Assembly (NCBI GenBank): GCA_030248215.1
Contig: JASANG010002214.1
Span: forward strand, 248,001 to 312,000
From: Enoplolaimus lenunculus
Lineage: Eukaryota
Length of the DNA: 64,000 bases
Direction of reading: 5' to 3'
Shown: piece after piece, positions 27,401 through 39,400 of the stretch
Layout: every line of letters starts with the position of its first letter
Numbering within the stretch: position 1 is the first letter of the stretch
The notes under the pieces: model-generated
Databases searched by the model: none
Told to the model about the DNA's origin: nothing
What the model saw: only the letters and a program-made list of their open reading frames with translations
Program-made: the position numbers and the translations under genes

Positions 27401-30400
27401 GTCGACGAGTTAGCTCTGTTCTGTTGACGTTTGGGGTAAACGTGAAATGGAAGATATGCTGCGAGTATCGAAATTTTGCAGTGACTTCGGTTGTAACTGA
27501 TAGTCCAGAGCCAAGTGAGGCAGTGTTGAGATAGATTGCGGCCATAATAAATACGTATACAGCTTATCGTTATTAGATTTTTTGTACTGAAAACGCCAAC
27601 AGTGTTGTTTATGAATAGATCAAACCGTGCGATACTAGCGTAAGAAACGAAAAGCAACTGAACAAAGCCAACTGAAGAATTGCTAATTTGATCAACCTTT
27701 ATATAGTCTTAAGACTCTGTGATAGATTTGTATCACACGATTGTAATCAACCGGCAAATCATTGTCACAATCTGTACGATACACAATCATAGATTGTGAC
27801 AAAGACTTGATAATGTCGCAATTAGTAGTTGCTTTCCGAAATATTGAAAAATTTATACCAAAACAGATTTGAAATTTATTGTTACATTGCTTATTCAGTC
27901 TTGCTATTATCACAGTAGCATGAAATAAATATAGCAGGAAAATGTTTAAATAACAGATGGATCCTCAATAGCATTAGATTAAAGCTTGAACTACACAATG
28001 GTAGAAACAATAAATAAAGCGGTTGCCCAAATAAATAATAGATGCATCCAACAATAGCATTAGATTAAAAGCTTGAACTGCGCAATCGTAGAAACAATAA
28101 ATTAAGCGGTTGCCTAAATTGATCTCAAACTTACAATATCCCGAGACAACAGCAAAAACATTTTTGAATTATTAACACAATCAGGCTCCCTTGCAAACAA
28201 TGTAATTTCTGACGGACGCAAACCAAAAGTTTCATCTAAAATTTAAATTTGAAAAAGTGCAGCCGAAACTGTATATACACATGAAATAGAATGCTCTAAA
28301 AGGTCAGAGAATCACCACCAGCTATATAAAGAAAATTTAAAAATAGTTTCACTCTTCGTTTCTTTGTACTCAACAAAGTCCACAACTTTTAAATTTTACG
28401 AATACTATCCTCCAACAATATTATAATTTATCCTCCGAACTTTTTTGCTGTCAGGCCAATACATAGATCCTGGGGCCAATAGTGGCTGCCTCTGGGGCAA
28501 AAAATTTTGTTGACCTTCGTCTCGGGTTTTTCCACCTTCCGTTATACATTGAAGATTACTACACTTCTGTACTTACATGTTGTTCCAATATTTTCATCGT
28601 CGCACTGACTATGTGACGGTGTAATCAAATTATTTTGCACCTGGTCGCATTTCACTTCAACAAAATTATATAGAATTATCAGAATACGCCACAGCATATT
28701 CTTCACGCTTCGGAAGCGACAATATAAATTTCGTTGGTTCATTATGAAAAGTAATCGCACCAAAGGAAATCATAATATAGTATATTAGTAATGTTACTAT
28801 TACTAACAAACGACGGAGCTTGAATTCAAAATATAATGAACAATGCTCACAGTCCGAAAGCATAAAATTAAAAATGAAGCAAAAAATTTCTTCGAACTTT
28901 GAATTTTATACCTGATTATGTTAAAAATGCTTGATCAGCAAACTTTTCTAAAATTGGGTCAAAAAGTAATTTCTAAAATAAACTGATGAATTTGAATAGG
29001 CGTAACCAAATAAAATAAACGACGCCAGCAATATTCTTGACCTAAGTTGCCGGTTTATTAAAGGGAAAAGTAAATAAAAAGAAGCCAAAATTCTATACGG
29101 TAAATTTTTTTACTTTAGACTGGGTGAAGCACACAAGAAACGGCGCCAGTTATTTTTACTCTTTGATATTTTAACAAAGCTAAGTGTACAATAATTGGGC
29201 CCACAATCTTCTAGCATATCAACTAACTTTACAAACACAGTCTTGAAAGCAGGAAAGTAACGTAGATAGCGTGCACTGCATTATACGAATCCTACAATAA
29301 CGGAAAATAACAGCGCACTAATTTAACAATACAACAGCATAGGTTTTTAGATATGTTAAAATCTAGTGCATTAACGCTTATGCAGAACACTTTAGGCTTA
29401 GGTTGGTATAGAAATATGACTTTAATGCTCTATTGGTTAGGCTTACACAGGAACTTAATACAAGGCTTAGGTTATGTACGACAGCAATACTTTAAGATTT
29501 AGGCTTAAGTTTATTTGAAGGTTTACGCTTATTTAGAAACGTGACATTAATACCCTACAGCTTAGGCTTACTCAGGAATTTAAAGGAAGTATTATTTTGA
29601 AGACCTATATTTAAGGCTGAAGTTTAGGTTATTTATGACAATGACACTTGAGATTTAGGCTTATGCAGAAATATAACAATATTTTACAACTTATACAAAA
29701 ATTTAAAAGTTAGCTTGGGCTTATGGAGAACACCAATCCTTCAGGGCTTAGGCTTAGGTTTATGTAGGACAGCAACAGTTGAGGCTTATGAAGAAACATG
29801 ACCTTAATGCTTTATAGCATAGGCTTATACAGATGTGTAAGGCAAGGCTAGGCTTATGTAGGACACCAATACTTTAAGGTTTAAGTTAGGTTCATGTAAG
29901 ACAAGGCTTACGCTTATGCAGAAACATGCCCTTAACACTTCATAGCAGAAGCCGTTAATGACGTTTCTTTAGGACGGAAACACTGCATGGTTTGCGTAAA
30001 CACATGACCTTAATGCTTCTTGGATTTACGCAAAAGTAGTAAGCTTAGTCATCACTAGAACCTGCAATGCCTTAAGGATTTGTTAGGTTTATGACATATG
30101 AACCATTTATAAGAGTCTTTAGACGTAATAAGTCTCGAAAGGCTAGAAAAATCGTTTGACGTAATACTAAATTCAAGTCTTATCAATGCTAAACTCAATT
30201 GTAAAGGTTTATCAATACTTATCAGTGAACACACATTGAAGTAAAAGAAATACATCTAAAGTCCGATAAACACTATTCATATTTATACTAAGGTAGATAA
30301 GATAAGACAGAATCTATCAAGGTTTGTTAGACTACTCAAAGATAGTGGATGCCTAAAACTAACTCAAAGATAATGGATGGCTAAAAGTAAACTCATATTA

Positions 30401-33400
30401 GAATGCACTTCATTAAGTCTATGGCCTAGAAGGGGTTGCAAGACTTAGGCACATCACCAATACACTAAGGCTTAGGTTTGTATAGGACACTAATATCTTA
30501 AAACTTAAGCTGAAATATATGCTAGATGTTTCATAGCTCATGGCTTATAGAGGGTTTAAGATTTAACTCAAAAAGTTTGGAAAATAAGTAATACTAAATT
30601 TAAAACTCTCATATAGTGAAAAAATAGATTGACTACCCAGTATAAAACCGGCACAGTACTTGGTAATGCTGAGTATTTTAATTAAAATTTCATCTTAGAG
30701 ACACTAAACCTAAGCCTTAACGTATAATACTGCAATACTGCTCGATTAATAGTTCACCAGCCAAACTCCCACACCATTATAAATTTAATCAAAAAATAAG
30801 ACGCAAAATACAATAAACAAGACAAAGTTTCGTTTTTTCGATCATTAAGAGATTCCTAAAATAGAAAATTAAGAATATATTAAACTAATGAAAAAACTTA
30901 GTATATATTCAACTAATGAAACAAATTTAGAATATATTAAACTAATGATACAACTTAAAAACCTGTATTTAAACAAGTAGTTATTAAAAACCTGTATTTA
31001 AACAAGTAGTTATAACCCCATTGGAACCCACGTAGGTGGCTGTCCCAGTAAACAGTACGTTTAAAATTTGAATAACATCTTCAGTATAAAAAGGTTATCA
31101 CGGGTCCCGTGCGTTTTTCATTGTTAGTCACCCTGAAGACCCTCTCCTGGGACAGCTACCTACGTGGGGTCTCATGGGGGGTTATAACTACTGGCTTGGG
31201 CTTAACTGTACGTGCAGTATAGTCTAGTCGAGAGCTCGTACTGATTTTCTGTGTAATAATAATGGTGAACTGAAGGTGTACAAAGACTGCTGTTTCTTAC
31301 TGGGTTACTCAAAAATCCAGACTACAGTAGTCGAAGTCAAATGTATAGATTTGCTGGCTATATTTGGGTGTTTGGCATTGAAGTTATGGGAATAATGTTG
31401 CACAAAATGTCTATGTTATAGTAAGATACTCTCTGGAAGCGTTAACATCAGTCCTTCCAAAGGACATCAGCTTATCACTGTCGTGTCAATGGTACCTCAT
31501 CAGTAATGCATTATCTCATGTTTCAAGCGCATCTGAACTTAGCGTTCTTGGCAAATTTTTGCTTGATATGTGTGGCTTCCCGTCCTCTCAGTTCGCTCTT
31601 TTCAAACAGGTATTTTGTTGCAGTTTTATAAAGAAAGTTTCAAATTTACATAAGGCTAACCGTATCACTTAACATATGCAACTATATAAAAACATTTTGT
31701 AACAAACCATAATGTGTTTCGATCATTTGTTTCTACGTGTCGTCAAATTAAACTGTTAAAATAGTTTTTTGATGGAAAAATATTTGAATTTATACAATAT
31801 TCACGCCGACATTGTATATCCGGCGTTTTTTCTAAGCGTTTTATGTAAAACGAAATTCTTGATAGGTTGTATTGTTTTATATGGCAGTTAAGTTTTTCTC
31901 GAAAGATACGTTTTAGTATAGTACCTTGATCATGATTCACTAATACTAAAACAACTGTTGAAATGTAAAATTATAACAGACTTTAGCACGTGAATAGTTA
32001 ATATTGTGTGTCATTAAGTTTTACTTCTTATTGAACTCTGCACTATTAATATTTAGGTCCGGCCGCATTTTATAATCTTAAATAAGTTTGTTATTCTCTT
32101 GTATTGTAGTTCCCAGTGTCAGAAACATCAAAAGTTCAACATATTAAACGAGCTAAAAAGTCGATTGAAGCAAACAATGACGTAAGTGAAACGTGAATCA
32201 CCGGTCGGTGATATGTCTTGTAGCTTGAGAAGCGCTGAATGATGAGCTTAGAAATTTAGTAGATATTTGATTATACCTTGAAAACCGAAGTAAAAACTTG
32301 ATAAATCAAAAGCATTGTTTATTATCTGATCGAAAATGTTATGGATTTGACGTTGACTATGGATTTCGGTTATTGCAAAGGTTGTAGTGTGTTGTGACTT
32401 TCACTCAACTGGTGCGGCATAACAAATTATTGGTAAACGGCGTACAACACTTAAAGCGGTCCCTGGGCGTAATAGATCAGGTTGATTTCAAAACTTGTTT
32501 TGCTTTAGGATTGGCACGCGATGCTATGTTCTGCATTTCACATCGGCCAGACGAAGAGTTCTGTCGGTGGTTTGAAAGATCTTTTTCTCGTTACCGCTCC
32601 CAAAAGTGCAGAGGACAAGTCAGTTGTTAGTGTGACGGTGAGAAGTAACTTCAGCATTTCGACTTCCATAATTAATATGTATATACTTTAGTAATATTCC
32701 TATCGTTCACCATACCACAAATAAAGGTACTATTATAGGGTATGAGCGAAAAATTATAGATTAGAATTTTGTAAATTTAACCAAAATTTTCGGTAAAAAC
32801 GTTCTAATATATCCATAATAATATTTGTTTGAAAATTGCCACAGCCGAAAGGAAGAGTCGCCTCCTTTTTGGACTTAGGAAATCACTCTTTGAAGTCAGA
32901 GATTTCTACACAGTTAAAGTCACCTAGCTACTTGCTAAGTAGCCTTTCAGGTTAGCAAATAAGCATATTGAAAATGTAAAATTAAATCAGTCCAACAGTA
33001 GTGGTTGACCAACAGACTGCAATGAGCCTGGCGTACAAACGTTATACCACCACTGGTTTAATAAGTGTACCTCCGTAAACATGTATACTTGTGCATGATG
33101 AACCTTATGAAAAATCAAACTCAATCTCAGTAGTTTTGCTCTAAAATTGCTTTTATGATATTGATTTTATTTGAACCAAATTATCGGTTCCTTAATTGCA
33201 AACTTGTGGCTTGTTATGATATATGCTAAAAACCGTATTAAAACGCGAATTCGTTTTTAAGGATGCTTTAAATGTAAACCCAAAAGCCACTCTATTTCAA
33301 CACATTCCTACTGTGTTCTTCGCCTTGCATTTGGTATATCAAGAGCTCAAAATGCACACCTCGGCCTGGCCTCAGTTGAGCGAATTTGCCTTGTTGTTAC

Positions 33401-36400
33401 GACTGTTTTCTGAGTAAGTCATCTTGGAATTTCAGCATTATATGAGAATCATTTGAGTAGTTTGTGAATTTGTTGTGATTCATTGGGGAGCATATTGGCT
33501 GTATGGAATGAACTGCGCAGCAATGGTCTTTGGTGCGATACTTCTGTGCGCAACATCGAATAGGTATTAACTAGTCTGCCTGTTTTGCGCAATGCGCAAA
33601 CTTAGCGAAAGCACAAAAATTTCCTTGCAAGTTTTGGGGGGCCCCCAGGACTTTTCTAGGTCAAAAATTTTCAATGTTAAAACGTTAGCTTTTGCGATAA
33701 ATTTTTTGTCATGTTGCGCGATGAGTAATCTTCAGTTGAGTTGAAACACGGTCTAGAATGAAAAAAATGGTCCAAAAAGTCGGTTTGCAAAATTTTAAGC
33801 CTGCCCCCCAGGACCCCCCAGATCATCTGGGGGCCCCCAGGAAAACTGCCCCCCAGCAAAATCAGCTGCCCCCCAGGAAACTCCTGGGGCCCCCAGGAAA
33901 CGCCCCCCGGCGGAAATTATCAAGCTGTGGAGAAGCCAGTCTTTGAGTAGAATTCTTTATTGATAACATAAGCCTTATTAATATGTCCAGTTGATCGCCT
34001 AATGCTGACGTGTAATACATGTTACATATTGGTGATTACCATTGATCAGAGTGCCTCCGGAATTCCGGCTATATTATGAAAATTTGGTGTTCTGGTGTTT
34101 TTAGCTACATTTTATTGTGAGATACGTTTTATATAAAAAACAATATTCTTTGTATTTATAGTAGTAATACATTTCTAGCGCCCAAGAACTCGACCATTAC
34201 TCAGAAAAATATCGTCGAGATTTCTTGTTGTTTGGCACGAACGATCCTGAGTGCTTGATAGCGGCTAGTAAGTGATGCCAAATTTCCATTTTGTTTAACT
34301 CCAGTACTAACTTTGGAATAAGTAATAAATGCTTGCGAGCTCAAAAGAAAGATAGGTATATTAGTTCTGGTCTCGTGGAGGCCAGCAAGTTAATTTACCA
34401 GTAGCATCCCGTAACTGAACTAGTGTCATAGTCCAATGATTGTTTTTTACACTAAATTTGTGCCGCTGTTGTTAATTGTAAATCCTTTACAATTAATAAA
34501 ATTGCATTTATTGCGCTTGAATGTACACTGGTATTTCCTGGCTAACACTTTTGAAAATACATTTTCGGTGTCCTGCCTGGTTGTAACGTGCTTCAGTGTA
34601 TGATAAAAGTTTGCTAATTAGGATCAAGAAAGTGTGCAGGTGCATATTCGTTATAGAAGACAAATCGCATTTGATATATCCACAATATTGGAACGAATCC
34701 GTTGCATGGGATATCTTCGATACACTTTGTCAATTAAATCCATCCTTGAGTCGTTATCTCGGTTTACAACCAGCTGTTGCTAAACCTGCTGTCACACCCC
34801 CTGCGCTGCCAACAGCTATCTATTTGGCTAATGTGTCAAGGCGTTCCGCAATTGCACTGATGCTTTTTTGGTTGCTACGACCTGGGGCAGCACCCCAAAC
34901 GTTTAGCCAAGCCATTAAGCGCATTGGCAGCGCCAGCCGGTGTCCAAAATTGGTTAGTTTGTCGCTGGTTAGGTTTAATAAGATGTCTTTTTGATATAAT
35001 ATGCTCAGCATTTTAGGAAATATTTTAATACTAGTAATCCGTGGTTGCGCACATATGCAACTTTTTTAAAATGCACTCTGTTTTGGCAAATGTTCAGAAA
35101 GATTTGTTCTAGCAATTCTGTATTTAAGCCTTGCAACTTGATTGAAAATTGTGTATTCAATTCCAGTACAAATTTTTAACCTGTGTGGGTCCGGTAGGAA
35201 TGATGGACACCGGTATCCATCGTCATGCAGAGGAAATTACGGGTCCCAAACTGATGCAAACAGGCTTCGTGTTCTGTTTTGGCATATGTTCAGAAAGATT
35301 TGTTCTAGCAATTCTGTATTTAAGCCTTGCAACTTGATTGAAAATTGTGTATTCAATTCCAGTACAAATTTTTAACCTGTGTGGGTCCGGTAGGAATGAT
35401 GGACACCGGTATCCATCGTCATGCAGAGGAAATTACGGGTCCCAAACTGATGCCAAACAGGCTTCGTGTAATAGGATAATAACATGAAGAAACAGTAAAC
35501 AACAATCTTTTGTCGTCACAATTTAAATTTGCATAATTGATTGGGATTTAAGCTATTATTATAACATAAAACTTTATAAGCATTATTGTAAATCAAATTT
35601 GCGGTCGAGGCTTTTACGAACGTTGCGATGCATCTAGGATTAACACTGAAGTTAGTGTTATTTTGCATTTTACGCTTTTTCCGCACCGGTTCCTGCCAGC
35701 ATAATATGACAAATAGAAATATTATTGCTATTAATTAAATTTGTCGCATCGTCTTTTAACAAAACATTATTGCAGAAACTAACGATAGTACATTAGCATA
35801 GGATTTACTTACTGAAACCGTCATACGAAGCTTTAATGTTGGTTCTTCATATTATTTGTATAAATTCAAATTAAATATATGTTTATCTCGTTAGCAATTG
35901 CGGTGTGTATGGTACATCTAAACGTATATAGTTATTACAATTTGGTTAGTAACGACATTTGAACAGTATACTAAATAATTTTAAGAACATTACATGTTGC
36001 ACGATGGTTGAATACAATGCATGAAAGATGTATTTTAATTAAATTTAGATATGGCTTGACCAAATAAATGATGCTCTAAAGCAAGCTAATTCATCGTCAA
36101 CGCCTGGAAGAAAGGTTCTCAACTGCTTGCAAGCCTTGAAAATCAACAAGACGCAACTGTTCGATTTTCCTGCTGGTGTGGTCATACCAGTGTTCGACGC
36201 AATATGCCAGGCTGAATTAAATTTGGAGCTAAAGATGTGTAAGAATTTTGTTTGTAGCCCCTACGGTTTTAAACAGAAACACATTACTGCGTCATGCTGA
36301 ATGTTGTCGTTTGATTTTGTTTTATTCCTAAGTATTAAGGAACGTTGTTGGTACATACAATTGAAATTATTAAATGGTTGACTCAGTTAGTAATAATTTA

Positions 36401-39400
36401 TAGTAGCGATTTATGCTGCAATCGTAGTCTAGGAACACGTCCGAAGTGAAAGTTTTTCATCTGAGAACGCGACAGAATTGTAGGAATTAATGTGTTTCAT
36501 TTTGAGTTGACAAAGTTCAAATTTTGGGAGTACTTTACAGGGACACTGGTTTATCCAGAAATGAAAAATTTCAAAATTAAAAGCGTAGGCATTTTGTTTC
36601 AGTATATCCTTCGGCAAGCAATATCGACTCGCTCGTTCAAAGATCAAATGGGGTGTCACACACGTCGGTACCGGAAACACGGAGCGAAGCTGTTGAAACT
36701 ACGAGCAGTCTTGCTGGTAAGATAGTTGTTTGTTGTACTACTGAATTGTCTTGGAAAGTTTTTACATGCCATGGGCAGCCTCAGAGTCCAGATAGTGGAA
36801 CAATCGCGTAAACTTCACTGACAACACTGAGATAGTGAGAATGTTCAAATTCGCAGATTATCACATAAACTGAAAACTTTTCAATACCTGTTTTTAGAAT
36901 CGAAACTATTGGATGATAAGATACTGCAGTTACGATTTCGAAATGATTTGCGGTTGTCAGAAGCTATTACAATGCTGGATTCATCAGCGCCAGTTAAAAT
37001 TTGCGTTGCACCAGCACTTAATGATGACGAGCTGCGAACGGCTCAAAAGGCGTATTTGGTTTCGACTTCTCTTCGAACAATGGCACTGCCAATTGGCCGG
37101 GGAATGTTATTCTTCGCAACAAGGGTACGTACGTATCGCTACTAGGGTACGAATGTATAACAGAAACGCTATACTTTACTGTGTCCACATTGTTGCGTTT
37201 GTGTTTGCAACTGTTTGCAGTATTGTTTATTCTAAAGATATGATGCGATCATTTTTGGATTTTTGTACGGTGCCTGTTACTTCAAAAACTGTGTTTGTTA
37301 CAGTCAGAAATTTTAATTAGTTTTCAAAAGTCGTTTGACCCAAAATGTACGTATTCATTTTAGAGCTATACTTTTCGGTTGTGTCGCCAATGATGTTTTA
37401 GTCATAATACTTCTAAATATATGATTTTTTATTGTCGGACGGTACCTGGAAGTTCGAACAGATTTTATTACAGTTAAAAATTTAAATGAAAAATGATACA
37501 AAGAATCTTTCTAGCAGTAGCTTACTCAATTTACAGCTACCGTACTTGGGTGAACAAGTCACAATTCCACCGTTATGCTTATCAGGACGCGTACCGCCAA
37601 ACGGTATCACGGTCGAATATTCTACAACCGCAGACGCTCTTGGGCACCAACGTGACACGTGGCCTCAGTTTCATAATGGTGTCGCTGTTGCGGTCGCGCT
37701 TGCGTCTGTACCTAAAATGCAATACGCTGATGCTTGTGGTGATGAATCTGATGACAACACGCAGCATACACATTTGGATTCATCGTGGATTTTGTATAAC
37801 TTACCGAAACCGAGTGGTCCTAATTCGGACATTGCGCCGGAAAAAGCTGGGTTTGTGTACGGGTTGGGCCTGGGCGGATATTTGTCGAATTTGGGCCTTT
37901 TCAACATTCACGATTATTTGGCGCGCGGTGACCCTATGATTGGTGAGTTGTTCTGATATGATGCATCTATTTTTTAAGTCCCCATTTATTTTGTGTTTGG
38001 TCATTCTGATTAATTTTGACTCAAATTTAATCTGATTTGGAGGTGTACTCATATACGCATCAGATTGTAGTACTGAACTTGCTTTATATCGTGCCATTAT
38101 AACTAATATTTTGCGTGGCTCTGTTGTAGCTCAGTCCCAGCAAAATTTTTGTAAAGAAATCTCAGTTAGAACTAAAGCTATGTTTATTGCTGTGAAAGTG
38201 TGCTTTTCGTGTTGGATATACTATTATTGTCTGGAATTTGAATTGGTTGTATTTCAAATTTTTTCAACTCAATTCTATGCCAGTTATATGGTCCGTTTAG
38301 TTAGTGGCCGATTTAATAGATTTCTGGGTGTAGTGTTTGAATCTTATTGCAAAACACGACTTTTCGGTTGGCTAATGTAAACTAAACACTGGTTTTCTGC
38401 GTATTCTGCGATAGTGGTATACCGTCGTTTTTGCTGGCGTGATTAAAATGTGATGTATTACGAATACAGGAAAAGTTAAAAGGATGATTTGTACAGTCCA
38501 ATGCGAAAAATTTATGCTTGTCATTGTTTTAAGGCCTCGCGTTGTTACTCGGCACTGCAGTGTCGAAAGTTGGAACTCGGGATGTCAATGTAATGAAAAC
38601 GTTAAGCATTCATTTGCCGTTTCTTTTGCCACCGACGCTAATTGAACTTAACGTTGATCCTCTTCTTCAAATTAGCGCTATTGTTGGGTTAGGTATGTTT
38701 GTGTGTGCGGGCTACAGAGTTTAAGTACAGGACCGCTGCGTGGATTATTTACATTCATTTTTTGAGCATCGCTCCAGCATATTTTAATGTCGTGTTTGTT
38801 GGGCATATACTTGTACAGAATAGAAGAAACTATGGTCAATTTTTAACACAAGTGTGTCTGGATATTATGTGAAATCTTGTTTTATTAGTGTCCGAAATTT
38901 TGAAACATCTAGATATTATGGATGCGTTTTACTTTATAGGGAAGCAGATCATTATCGTGCTGTACTCTATCTTTAGGTATACTTCATGCGGAATGTGGCC
39001 ATGTGATGTTAAGTGAATCGTTAATTGATGAACTTGGCAAGCCGCCAAGCTACAACGGAGATAGCAAACGTGAAGCATATTCGCTGGCTTGTGGCATGGC
39101 ACTAGGTATGTTGACACATTTAATGAATTGCATTTTTAACACATAAAAATCTCTTACATGACTGAATGTAGTACGCAAATTTGTATTTTGAGAAAGCGTA
39201 GCCAATGTTACGGAATTGTATTGTAATGGAAATATACAACTGTACACGTGTCTTCTGCAATATGCCTGTTCCTTGTACAATGAGCCAGCACCTTTGCAGC
39301 TATATCGTTTCTCAACAGTTGGACTTGGCATCCAGATTCCCGAATAGCTCTATATTACTGGCTTCTCCACAGCTTGAAAATTTCCGCCGGGGGGGCGTTT

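Larger units (their letters stand above)
24716..31192. mobile_element. Maverick/Polinton, non-autonomous or internally deleted, 6477 bp, in APC1 intron 14
   Basis: Termini AGTAGTTATAACC...GGTTATAACTACT. TIRs of about 90 bp (24716-~24806 vs ~31104-31192) with few mismatches. Exact 6-bp TSD GGCTTG at 24710-24715 and 31193-31198. Internal remnants of minor capsid and PW-like genes. The 6-bp TSD and (AGT)n ends are diagnostic of Polintons. Confidence 0.9.

Noticed and set aside
24716..31192. The large insertion as an LTR retrotransposon or CACTA/hAT element
   Set aside because: The ends are inverted rather than direct, the TSD is 6 bp and the termini are AGTAGT. No RT or DDE transposase remnant is present, and the capsid-like remnant fits a Polinton.
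33758..33946. Pro-rich ORF
   Set aside because: It lies within the C-run MITE copy and is not needed for APC1.
36492..36725. ORF-track frame as the APC1 exon
   Set aside because: That frame ends in phase 0 while the next exon needs phase 1. The alternative frame 36603-36716 fits both neighbours.
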